From the NCBI GenBank assembly GCA_022072055.1, contig JAJVIK010000008.1, positions 40,111 to 104,110 on the forward strand: DNA of 64,000 bases. The letters are read 5' to 3'. Under the pieces are notes generated by a model, which saw only the letters and a program-made list of their open reading frames with translations, was not told the origin of the DNA and searched no databases. This document shows, in pieces, positions 1 to 8,606 of this stretch. How positions within the stretch are numbered: the stretch's first letter is position 1; each line of letters begins with the position of its first letter. Both the position numbers and the translations under genes were made by a program. This DNA comes from a bacterium (GTDB lineage Bacteria > Hinthialibacterota > Hinthialibacteria > OLB16).

Positions 1-332
1 GAGGGTGTATGTAGACTTGATGCTTGGGGTGGCCATACCAATGAGGATATGGCCATCCGAAGGTTGCTTCAAGGGGACGGACGGGATCGACGCGCTGTCC
101 GGATGCGGTGAAGGCGTTCGGTGAATCCTCCGTCTTTCTCGAAGGCGCCGGCTTGGGCGGCGAGCTGACGATCCAGAAGGGCGCGGGCGACGGAGATCAG
201 AAACAGCGGGTGGGAACAGCGCCGGTCGATCAGCGCCTGCCTGCCGGGAATGACTCCCCCCCTCCCCCGCCTCTGCCCCTCTGCTAAATTCCCGGTGTTC
301 GTTCCCACATTTGCCAGCCACAGGAGGACGCC

Positions 333-1838
333 ATGAGATTCTTCGCCGGGTTATTCGCACTCATCCTTTGTCTCCCCATGAGCGCTGTTTGGGGGATTGC
401 CGCCGCGCCGGAGGAGAGCGGCGAGGCGGGTTTCCGCAGCCTCTTCAATGGAACCGACCTCTCCGGGTGGGATGGAGACGCCCGCTTCTGGAAGGTCAAG
501 GATGGCGTGATTGACGGCGAGACCACCGCCGACAACCCCACCCAAGGCAACACCTTCCTGATATGGCGCGATGGCGAGGTGGATGACTTCGAGCTGCGCC
601 TTTCTTACCGCATGTTCTCCGGCAACTCCGGGATTCAGTACCGCTCGAAAGAAGTCTCGAAGTATGTCATCGGCGGCTATCAGGCCGACATCGACTCGGA
701 TGGGACCTACACGGGCATCCTCTATGACGAAAAGGGGCGCGGGATCCTCGCCAAGCGCGGCGAGCAGACCGAGGTCGACTCAAGCGGCAAGCCCACGGTG
801 AAAGGCTCCTTGGGTGAAGCCGCCGAGCTCTACAAGGCGGTCCGCCCGGGGGAATGGAACGAATACAAGGTCATCGCCAGCGGGCACGCCTTCACCCATG
901 TCATCAACGGGGTGACCATGAGCCAGGTGATCGACAACGACCCGAAGGACCGTGAGCGCGCCGGCCTGCTCGCGCTGCAACTCCACGCCGGACCACCGAT
1001 GCATATCCAGTTCAAGGATGTGCGGATCAGGCGCCTCAAACTGGAGGATCGGAAGAAGGTGGTTCTGGTCTCCGGGAAACCGAGTCACGGCTGGGGCGAG
1101 CATGATTTCCCTGCGGGGGTCCACGCGCTCCGCAAGTGCCTCGATCAGGTTCCCAACGTGGCGGCGGCGGACTATTACGAGGGCTGGCCGAAGGATCCGA
1201 GCGCCTTCGACAACGCCGACACGATTATGTTCTACATGGATGGCGGCTCCGGGCACCCGGCGATCCAGGGGGACCGTCTCCAGGCGCTGGACGCGCTCAT
1301 GAAGAAGGGGGTTGGGATGGCCTGTGTTCATTACGCCGTGGAGGTCCCGAAGGACAAGGGAGGTCCGGAGTTCAAGGAGTGGATCGGGGGCTATTACGAA
1401 ACCCATTACTCCATCAACCCGCACTGGGTGGCGGAGTTCAAGAACATCCCCAAGCACCCGATCACGAGCGGGGTGCAACCGTTCAAGATTCTGGATGAGT
1501 GGTATTACAACATGCGTTTCCGGGACGGGATGAAGGGGGTGACCCCGCTGCTCACCGGCTTCCCCCCGGATGAGACGCGAAAGACCGAGGACACCAAGGC
1601 GCACCCCGGGAGAGAGGAGATTGTGGCTTGGGCGGCGACGCGCGAGGATGGCGGTCGGGGCTTCGGGTTCACGGGCGGGCATTTCCACTCCAATTGGCGC
1701 GACCCGAATTTCCGGAAGCTGGTGCTCAACGCCCTGCTCTGGACCGCCGGCGCGCAGGTCCCCGAGGGAGGAGTCGAGTCGAACCCGACCGAGGAGGACC
1801 TGACGGTCAAACTCAGGCCGAAGCCGGCGGGGAGGTGA
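333..1838 (+). CDS. Secreted two-domain protein: DUF1080 (3-keto-disaccharide hydrolase-like) domain fused to ThuA-like (trehalose utilization) domain
   Basis: Signal peptide MRFFAGLFALILCLPMSAVWG. DUF1080 hallmarks SLFNGTDLSGWDGDARFWKVKDGVIDGE and LQLHAGPPMHIQFKDVRIRRL. C-terminal half KVVLVSGKPSHGWGEHDF is ThuA-like. AGGAGG RBS 6 nt before the ATG. Confidence 0.7.
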   Translation: MRFFAGLFALILCLPMSAVWGIAAAPEESGEAGFRSLFNGTDLSGWDGDARFWKVKDGVIDGETTADNPTQGNTFLIWRDGEVDDFELRLSYRMFSGNSGIQYRSKEVSKYVIGGYQADIDSDGTYTGILYDEKGRGILAKRGEQTEVDSSGKPTVKGSLGEAAELYKAVRPGEWNEYKVIASGHAFTHVINGVTMSQVIDNDPKDRERAGLLALQLHAGPPMHIQFKDVRIRRLKLEDRKKVVLVSGKPSHGWGEHDFPAGVHALRKCLDQVPNVAAADYYEGWPKDPSAFDNADTIMFYMDGGSGHPAIQGDRLQALDALMKKGVGMACVHYAVEVPKDKGGPEFKEWIGGYYETHYSINPHWVAEFKNIPKHPITSGVQPFKILDEWYYNMRFRDGMKGVTPLLTGFPPDETRKTEDTKAHPGREEIVAWAATREDGGRGFGFTGGHFHSNWRDPNFRKLVLNALLWTAGAQVPEGGVESNPTEEDLTVKLRPKPAGR

Positions 1839-1911
1839 AAGATCGGGCTTGATTCCGAGGCCCAAACCGGTTTATGATGATCTTATAGTCACCACAATGG
1901 AGGCCTGATCT

Positions 1912-2808
1912 GTGTCGCGGATTCCTTCTCCAATCGCAGTGAGAGCGGGTAAGAATGGGAACGGAACACCCCTCTTGGTGGCTCCAAAGGAGAGAAAGGT
2001 CTCGAGGCGGAACGGGAAGAAGATCGCGTTTGGATGGTACGGAGGCAAGTTCAGCCACCTTGACTGGCTCCTTCCGTTACTCCCATCCTGTCACCACTAC
2101 TGTGAACCATTTGGAGGCTCCGCCGCCGTCTTGATCAACCGCTCACCTTCCCCAGTTGAAACCTACAACGACCTCGATGGAGAGGTGGTGAATTTCTTCC
2201 GAGTCCTTCGCGCGAAAAAAGATTTGTTGATTGAGGCCATCGGCCTGACACCCTTTTCCAGGGAGGAGTTCTTCATTGCTTGCCAAGATCACCTAGGGAA
2301 GATTTCAGATCTGGAGCGCGCTCGACGGTTTTTTGTGCGCGCGCGTCAGGTCCGCACGGGACTTGCGCAAACCGCCTCGTTGGGCAGGTGGGCGAATTGC
2401 AAGAACACCAGCCGCGCGGGGATGAGTGGCGTGGTTTCCCGATGGCTCGGCAGTGTCGAGGCGCTGCCGGAAATCGCAATGCGCCTCCTCCGCGTCCAGA
2501 TCGAGAATCGTCCGGCCCTTGAATTAATCGATCTCTATGACAGCTCGGAGACCCTCTTCTACTGCGATCCGCCGTATCCCCACGAGAGTCGTGGGGATGA
2601 TAAAGCTTATGGCTTTGAACTAACTGATCACGAACACAAAATGTTGGCGATGCGGCTTATGTCCCTACAGGGCATGGCTGCGGTATCAGGATACCGCTGT
2701 GATCTGCTGGATGATCTTTATCGGGATTGGAGATGCATTGAGGCTCCGGTCAAACACTGTCATTCCATCAAGAAACCTCGCCAGGAGGCGCTTTGGGTGA
2801 ATTACTGA
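1912..2808 (+). CDS. Dam-family (D12 class) N6-adenine DNA methyltransferase
   Basis: FGWYGGK (cf. Dam LKWAGGK), CEPFGGSAAVLIN (FxGxG-like SAM motif), catalytic YCDPPY motif. GTG start with GGAGG RBS. GC visibly lower than flanks. Confidence 0.8.
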   Translation: MSRIPSPIAVRAGKNGNGTPLLVAPKERKVSRRNGKKIAFGWYGGKFSHLDWLLPLLPSCHHYCEPFGGSAAVLINRSPSPVETYNDLDGEVVNFFRVLRAKKDLLIEAIGLTPFSREEFFIACQDHLGKISDLERARRFFVRARQVRTGLAQTASLGRWANCKNTSRAGMSGVVSRWLGSVEALPEIAMRLLRVQIENRPALELIDLYDSSETLFYCDPPYPHESRGDDKAYGFELTDHEHKMLAMRLMSLQGMAAVSGYRCDLLDDLYRDWRCIEAPVKHCHSIKKPRQEALWVNY

Positions 2809-3911
2809 TGCAGGAGAAATATCCCTCTGGATTGATGCCCTCGGCTCGAGATCTACTGTTGCTCGAATGGACCCGTTGCTTGGTACCAGGGAGGACGGCT
2901 CCGAAATCCTCCATTCCGGGTGGGATTCAGGATGCCATTGAGCGATCCATAAACTCCACGACGTTGACCTATCGATATGTCCTGCCCACTCAAGTTCTCG
3001 CAAAGGCGGTTAACCCCGACCTCGACTGCAGGTCTGTCCAGGCGGGATCAGGACTGGAAGGCGCCTTCGACGCACGCAGCCTGTGCCACGATGTAATCGT
3101 TGAATTCGACCGAACGAACCACAGCGTGTTGGGGGGATCAAAGGAACCGTACTTGAACAACCCCTTGCGGATTCCCTCGATCTCGGGCGAAAACCGGAAA
3201 GCCCAGAAGAACAAAGATGGGTTTGACGACCTTTGTGTAGTCCTCGAATATGTCCAACAAAACCGAGGAGAGGCGACTGTTGTACTACGTGAAATTCTAA
3301 ACGCCATCCGGCGACGTCTCGACGCGGTCTCAATTGTCTATCCGGTGCCAAATAGGGTGAGCCTCAAGCAAGTTCAGGCGATCATGCATGAGTTCCTGAG
3401 AGATCGGACTGGTGGAAAAAGGCTTCAAATCATCACCGTTGCACTGTTTCGGTGCATCGGGAGCCGATTCAATCTGTTTCACCGGATTGTGGCCGGGAAG
3501 GTCAATGCATCAGACGCAAGCACTGGAAATGTTGCGGATCTCGAGTGTCTTGACGATATGGGGAATGTAGTCATGGGTGTGGAGGTTAAGGATCGTCAAC
3601 TTACCTTGCGCCAAATTGAGGACAAACTCCCCGGAGTCCGGAGCAAGGGCGTTCGAGAGCTGCTCTTCCTGGTTCAAGGAGGGATTTTTCCGGATGATAC
3701 CGGCCAAGTGGATGACCTCATTGAGAGAGAGTTCACGACGGGACAAAACCTGTATGTCCTCGAATTCCAGCGTTTCGTGGAATCCTGCCTGGCTCTCCTT
3801 GGCGAGACCGGCAGGCGGGGATTCTTGATCGAGGTGGGAATTGAGTTGGATCGACAAAGAGAAGATATCTCACATCGTCGGAAGTGGAAGGACCTGCTCA
3901 CTCGGCTATGA
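2808..3911 (+). CDS. Putative type II restriction endonuclease partner of the Dam-like methylase (PD-(D/E)xK-like motif); otherwise hypothetical
   Basis: ATG overlaps the methylase stop as TGATG, implying translational coupling. Candidate nuclease motif DDMGNVVMGVEVKD (D-x8-E-x-K). Same lower-GC island as the methylase. Confidence 0.45.
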   Translation: MQEKYPSGLMPSARDLLLLEWTRCLVPGRTAPKSSIPGGIQDAIERSINSTTLTYRYVLPTQVLAKAVNPDLDCRSVQAGSGLEGAFDARSLCHDVIVEFDRTNHSVLGGSKEPYLNNPLRIPSISGENRKAQKNKDGFDDLCVVLEYVQQNRGEATVVLREILNAIRRRLDAVSIVYPVPNRVSLKQVQAIMHEFLRDRTGGKRLQIITVALFRCIGSRFNLFHRIVAGKVNASDASTGNVADLECLDDMGNVVMGVEVKDRQLTLRQIEDKLPGVRSKGVRELLFLVQGGIFPDDTGQVDDLIEREFTTGQNLYVLEFQRFVESCLALLGETGRRGFLIEVGIELDRQREDISHRRKWKDLLTRL

Positions 3912-4064
3912 AACCATCATGACAGACCTCCCCATGACGCGGCTACAGGGCAGCATACATGGCATCTCCTACCACTACGACCTCCTCGATGACGTGCTGT
4001 ATATGAGGCGGAGCGAGGACCGGAATAAAGCACCCCGCGCGGAAGGAACCCACAATACCCCCCC

Positions 4065-5801
4065 TCACTCCGTCCCTTCATCCAAGATCACCGCCCGTCC
4101 CGGGTGAGCGGGGATGCGCAAGTCCTCCACCAGTCTTTGGATTTCGAGCGGGGGCGGAGGGGTGAGGCGTGAAACCAGGAAGGTCACGGCGAGATTCATG
4201 AGCATGCCCACCGCGCCGATCCCCTGCGCCGATATCCCGAAGAGCCAGGGGCGCATGCCCATGAACTGGCAGCCGATGATGTAATAGGCGGTGAAGCCGA
4301 GCCCCACGACCATCCCCGCGATAGCGCCCTCGCGATTGGCGCGCTTGTCGAAGATTCCGAGCAGAATGATCGGGAAGAAGCTGGCCGCCGCGAGCCCGAA
4401 CGCAAAGGCCACCACCTCCCCGACAAATCCAGGCGGGTTGATTCCGAAGTAGCCCGCCACGCCGATGGCCGCGACCACCATGATTCGCCCCACGAAAACG
4501 CGGTGGGCCTCATCCGCCTTGGGGTTGATCAGTCGGAAGTACACGTCATGAGCGATGGAGCTGGAGATGACCAACAGGAGGCCCGAGGCGGTGGACAGCG
4601 CCGCGGCGAGTCCACCGGCGGCGACAAGCGCGATCACCCAGGGGGCCAGGTTCGCGACCTCGGGGGTGGAGAGCACGATGATGTCGGGATCGAAATAGAC
4701 TTCGTTCCGACTTTCCGGATTGGGCTGGTCAAACAGAGGGGTCTTCCCCTTGAGCGCGAAGGCGTTCCCCGGGGCGATGGTAAGGCGACCATCCTTGTCC
4801 TTGTCGATGAACGCGAGGAGTTTCGTGGATTGCCAACTCCGCGCCCATTCAAGGGCTTGGACCTCCTCGAGGGTCTTGCCGTTCAGAGAGGAGATCAGGT
4901 TGTATCGCGCGAAGGCGGCAAGCGCGGGGGCGGTGGTGTAGAGCAAGGCGATGAACAGAAGCGCCCATCCGGCGGAATAGCGCGCGTCCCGGACCGAGGG
5001 AACCGTGTAGAAGCGCACGATCACGTGCGGCAGACCCGCGGTTCCGACCATGAGCGCCAAAGTGATGCAGAGCACATCAAGCATGGACTTGTTCGCGAAG
5101 GGCTTTGTGTATTCCGAAAAACCGAGGTCGGTCTGGATCGAGTTCAGTCGGGACACCAAGTCCGAGGTTGTGAAGGCCAGCTGAGGGACAGGATTCCCGG
5201 TGAGCATGTGGGAAATGGCGAACGCGGGAATCAGGTACGCGGTGATGAGAATGGCGTATTGGGCCACTTGTGTCCAAGTGATCCCCTTCATGCCGCCAAG
5301 AACCGCGAAGAAGGCGACGATCACCATGCCGACAATCACCCCGACCGCGATGTCCACATGCAGGAACCGGCTGAAGACAATCCCCACCCCCCGCATCTGG
5401 CCGGCGACATAAGTCAGGGATACAAAGATGGCGGCGATGGCGGCCACGATCCGAGCCGGTGTCGAATAGTAACGGTCGCCCACGAAATCCGGAACCGTGT
5501 ATTTCCCGAATTTCCTCAAGTAGGGGGCGAGGAGCAGCGCCAGGAGCACGTATCCCCCGGTCCAGCCCATCAGATAGATGGAGCCATCGTAGCCCATGGC
5601 CGAAATCAGCCCCGCCATGGAAATGAACGAGGCGGCGGACATCCAATCGGCGGCGGTGGCCGCGCCGTTGGCGAGGGGCGGAACGCCATGGCCCGCGACA
5701 TAGAATCCGGAGGATTCCCGGACGCGCGAGCGCCACCCGATGTAGAGGTAAAGCAGGAAGGTGATCGTGACGACCAGATAAGTCCAGGCTTCCGTGGTCA
5801 T
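4065..5801 (-). CDS. Sodium:solute symporter family transporter (ActP / VC_2705-like, possible acetate-cation symporter)
   Basis: 578 aa polytopic membrane protein. N-terminus MTTEAWTYLVVTITFLLYLYIGWRSR...FYVAGHGVPPLANGAATAADWMSAASF is typical of SSS/ActP. Preceded by a DUF4212 small subunit gene. Confidence 0.8.
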   Translation of the reverse strand: MTTEAWTYLVVTITFLLYLYIGWRSRVRESSGFYVAGHGVPPLANGAATAADWMSAASFISMAGLISAMGYDGSIYLMGWTGGYVLLALLLAPYLRKFGKYTVPDFVGDRYYSTPARIVAAIAAIFVSLTYVAGQMRGVGIVFSRFLHVDIAVGVIVGMVIVAFFAVLGGMKGITWTQVAQYAILITAYLIPAFAISHMLTGNPVPQLAFTTSDLVSRLNSIQTDLGFSEYTKPFANKSMLDVLCITLALMVGTAGLPHVIVRFYTVPSVRDARYSAGWALLFIALLYTTAPALAAFARYNLISSLNGKTLEEVQALEWARSWQSTKLLAFIDKDKDGRLTIAPGNAFALKGKTPLFDQPNPESRNEVYFDPDIIVLSTPEVANLAPWVIALVAAGGLAAALSTASGLLLVISSSIAHDVYFRLINPKADEAHRVFVGRIMVVAAIGVAGYFGINPPGFVGEVVAFAFGLAAASFFPIILLGIFDKRANREGAIAGMVVGLGFTAYYIIGCQFMGMRPWLFGISAQGIGAVGMLMNLAVTFLVSRLTPPPPLEIQRLVEDLRIPAHPGRAVILDEGTE

Positions 5802-5807
5802 CGCGCG

Positions 5808-6071
5808 TCACTCGTCCGCGTGGTAATCGTGATCCAATCGGTCCATGCGGCGCGCATATATAAAGATGAGCGCCACGAAAACATAGATGGCCCCCTGCTG
5901 CGCGACCCAAAACCCGAACGGGACTCCAAGGAATTTGATTCCGTTAAGCGGACCCACCAATAGGACTCCCAAGCCGAGCGAAACCAAGCCCCACACCGTG
6001 AGAAGAGCGGAGATGAGTCTCTTGTTGGCGGTCCAATAGCGGATCAGGCGATCTTCGCCTCGATAGTCCAT
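5808..6071 (-). CDS. DUF4212-type small membrane subunit associated with SSS symporters
   Basis: 87 aa, two predicted TM helices. Lies 6 nt upstream of the symporter on the same strand, the usual DUF4212 plus SSS pairing. Confidence 0.65.
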   Translation of the reverse strand: MDYRGEDRLIRYWTANKRLISALLTVWGLVSLGLGVLLVGPLNGIKFLGVPFGFWVAQQGAIYVFVALIFIYARRMDRLDHDYHADE

Positions 6072-6195
6072 AGAAGCCAGCCTCCCTGAGTTTCAAGACA
6101 GGGGACAACCCCCATTGTCTCCAAGCTGAGGGGAGACCGTAATCGAGCGGCCACCATATTGCAACAACAAATTTCCCGGAAATGCGCCAAGAGGA

Positions 6196-8586
6196 TCAGG
6201 ATGAGGAGCGCTGATCCATGTCGCTGGGGGGGGCCGATGTCGAACCGACTTGGATCTTTCCCTCTTGGATTAATCGTTCCAGTTCCTCGGGGTGGCGCTC
6301 TTCCATCGCGTGGACGGAGAGTTTCCCGGTGATCCAAGACATGTCCATCGGATATTCCTCCGGGTGGAACACGACGAAGAAGAAGTGCCAGATCAAAATC
6401 GCGAGGGTCGCGAGCCACGCCTCATAGTAATGGATCACCGCGCCGACCTCGACCCAGATTCTGGAGATTCCCAGGTGAATCGCGGCCGCCGCCGGGAACC
6501 ACATCAGCAGACCGGTGACGATCATGACCACGCCGCCCCACAGGAACGCCCAGTATTCGAGTTTTTCCGAATAATCGTAGCGGTCGAACTTGGGTTTCTC
6601 GTTGGAGAGTCCCAGGTGATAGGCCAAGTTCTTGAACAGGTCGGTGAGGTCCCGGAAGCGGAACATCAACGCCCAGAACTCGGAGCGCCCCTTCTTGGTG
6701 AAAACGATCGAACCGATATGCCACGCCAGAGTGATGATCAGGAGCACGCCCGCCGAGCGATGAACCCAGGAGCGGAGGGTCTCGCCCAGTCCCAGATATT
6801 CCTGCATCACCCGGGTGAAGATCGAGTCGGGGAAGGACAGCGAGAATCCCGTGATCACCAAGGTGATGAAGGACAGGGTCAACATCAGGTGCTGGATCAA
6901 GGCCACTTTGGGGAAGCGTTGAACATGGGGGATGTTTCTCTGGAGACGATACTTGTCGCGGATATGGCGGAAGATAATGATCAGATTGTGGAGCAGCATT
7001 CCTCCGATGGAGAAGGCGATCAGGAAGATGTAGATCTGGCGAACAAACCAGGTGGCCGTGGCGATAAAATGTTCGCGTGTGTCCGGATCGACATGGACCA
7101 TCCCGGCCACAAAGGCGGGGGTGACATTCTTGTGGCACTTTCCGCAAGTGTGGATCAGGTTGTCCGGGTGGATTTGCGAGGCCGGGTCGCTGGAGGGAAG
7201 GATGTTATGAACGCCATGACAGCTCGCGCAGTTGGCGACGGTGGTGTCTCCGAGCCGACCCGCGAGACCGTGGTAGCTTTCGAGGAAAGTCTGAACATTG
7301 TGTGATGGCAGACCGTATTTCCGATTAACCACCACCGAATCATGGCAGCGGGCGCACACCTCTTTCGCCAGGTGAGTGGAATACACGGGCGATTCGGGAT
7401 CATCATGGGCCAAGATGGTGTGTTCGCCGTGGCAATCGGTGCAGACCGGCGCCTCGCGCACCCCTTTCCTGACCGCCTGACCATGGACGCTCTTCATGTA
7501 TTCGTCGTGGATTTGCGTGTGCTGATGGCAGTTCCCGCAGGTGTCGGCGATGTGCTCGCGATTCACCGAGGAGTCGGGGTTGTTGCCGGCGAGGATCGAG
7601 TGGTGACCGTGACAATCCTGGCATGCCGCGGCGTCATCATTGACCCCGGAGAGGAGCGCGCGACCATGGACGCTCTTCCGGTACATCGTGCTGGGGGATG
7701 AGATCGGGATATCGTATTTCTTCACAATCTCCGGGTTCTCGTGACACTTGCCGCAGGTTTCGGCGATGTGCAGGCGGCTGACCGTGGAGCGGCGGTCCTC
7801 GGGCGACTGGATCTGATGCTCGCCGTGACAGTCGGTGCAGACGGGGACATCCGGGTTGCCGTCCTTGGCCAGGCTCCCGTGGACTCCCCCGTAATACTCC
7901 TCGAGCACATCCTCATGGCACTGCCCGCAGGTCTTGGCGACCTTCTGGCGGCTCACCGTGGATTCCAATGAGGTGGCGGGCTGGATGTCATGCCACCCGT
8001 GGCAATCGTTGCAGGTGGCCGCGCGCGAAGTGACATCATGGACATTCGATTGGCCATGCACGCTGATCACATAGGTCTCAATGGTCTCCCCGGAGGGGAG
8101 CGAGCGCTGTTCGATAAGGGCCTGATCCTCATGGCACTGGATACAGGTTTGCGCGAGGTTATGGTGATGAACCTTGGAGCGATCATCCGAGGACGGATAG
8201 ATCTGGTGCGAACCATGGCAGGACACGCACGAGGCGGCCTCGCCGGGGAGCCCATCCGAGCGCGCCATGCCGTGAACGCTTGCCTTGTATTTCTCCAATT
8301 CATCCTCATGGCAACCCGCGCAGTTCACCGGGGGGAGGATCTCCCCGTGTGGGAGATCCTCGATCTGGTCATGGCAATCCGTGCAGGAAAGATCGGCGTG
8401 AACCGAGCCTTCCCAGGAGGCAGGCGTGATCAGCAGGGTCGCGGAGGCCGGGACGGTCAGGTCGAACTCGGAGGGATCGCCGTGGCAAAGCAGGCAATCG
8501 GAGTCCTCGAAGGCTTTTCCCAAACAGGGACCGGCCAGCGGAAGAAGCAGTGCTCCAAGGATCCACCTCTGATTCACGCGCCTCAT
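6196..8586 (-). CDS. Multiheme c-type cytochrome (15 CXXCH) fused to C-terminal b-type cytochrome (FdnI/HydC-like) membrane domain; CbcL-like architecture
   Basis: Signal peptide MRRVNQRWILGALLLPLAGPCLG. 15 CXXCH motifs counted. C-terminal about 300 aa has multiple TM helices with conserved His (RHIRDKY, WHIGSIV, IWHFFFVVFHPEEY). GGGAGGA RBS. Confidence 0.8.
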   Translation of the reverse strand: MRRVNQRWILGALLLPLAGPCLGKAFEDSDCLLCHGDPSEFDLTVPASATLLITPASWEGSVHADLSCTDCHDQIEDLPHGEILPPVNCAGCHEDELEKYKASVHGMARSDGLPGEAASCVSCHGSHQIYPSSDDRSKVHHHNLAQTCIQCHEDQALIEQRSLPSGETIETYVISVHGQSNVHDVTSRAATCNDCHGWHDIQPATSLESTVSRQKVAKTCGQCHEDVLEEYYGGVHGSLAKDGNPDVPVCTDCHGEHQIQSPEDRRSTVSRLHIAETCGKCHENPEIVKKYDIPISSPSTMYRKSVHGRALLSGVNDDAAACQDCHGHHSILAGNNPDSSVNREHIADTCGNCHQHTQIHDEYMKSVHGQAVRKGVREAPVCTDCHGEHTILAHDDPESPVYSTHLAKEVCARCHDSVVVNRKYGLPSHNVQTFLESYHGLAGRLGDTTVANCASCHGVHNILPSSDPASQIHPDNLIHTCGKCHKNVTPAFVAGMVHVDPDTREHFIATATWFVRQIYIFLIAFSIGGMLLHNLIIIFRHIRDKYRLQRNIPHVQRFPKVALIQHLMLTLSFITLVITGFSLSFPDSIFTRVMQEYLGLGETLRSWVHRSAGVLLIITLAWHIGSIVFTKKGRSEFWALMFRFRDLTDLFKNLAYHLGLSNEKPKFDRYDYSEKLEYWAFLWGGVVMIVTGLLMWFPAAAAIHLGISRIWVEVGAVIHYYEAWLATLAILIWHFFFVVFHPEEYPMDMSWITGKLSVHAMEERHPEELERLIQEGKIQVGSTSAPPSDMDQRSSS

Positions 8587-8606
8587 GGTTGTGGGTCCTC
8601 CCGCGC

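Noticed and set aside
69-308. 79 aa minus-strand ORF at the window start (and the overlapping 284..553 ORF)
   Set aside because: No RBS. Low-complexity Gly/Arg-rich N-terminus. Overlaps the promoter and RBS region of the 333..1838 gene. The first 332 nt contain no convincing coding frame on either strand.
4503-5963. 486 aa plus-strand ORF
   Set aside because: Antisense to the SSS symporter gene. Low-complexity G/R/D/E-rich translation with no family resemblance.
6072-6195. Possible terminator hairpin between the cytochrome operon and the DUF4212 gene
   Set aside because: Only a 5 bp stem (gacaa/ttgtc) with imperfect flanks and no clear U-tract. Too weak to call.
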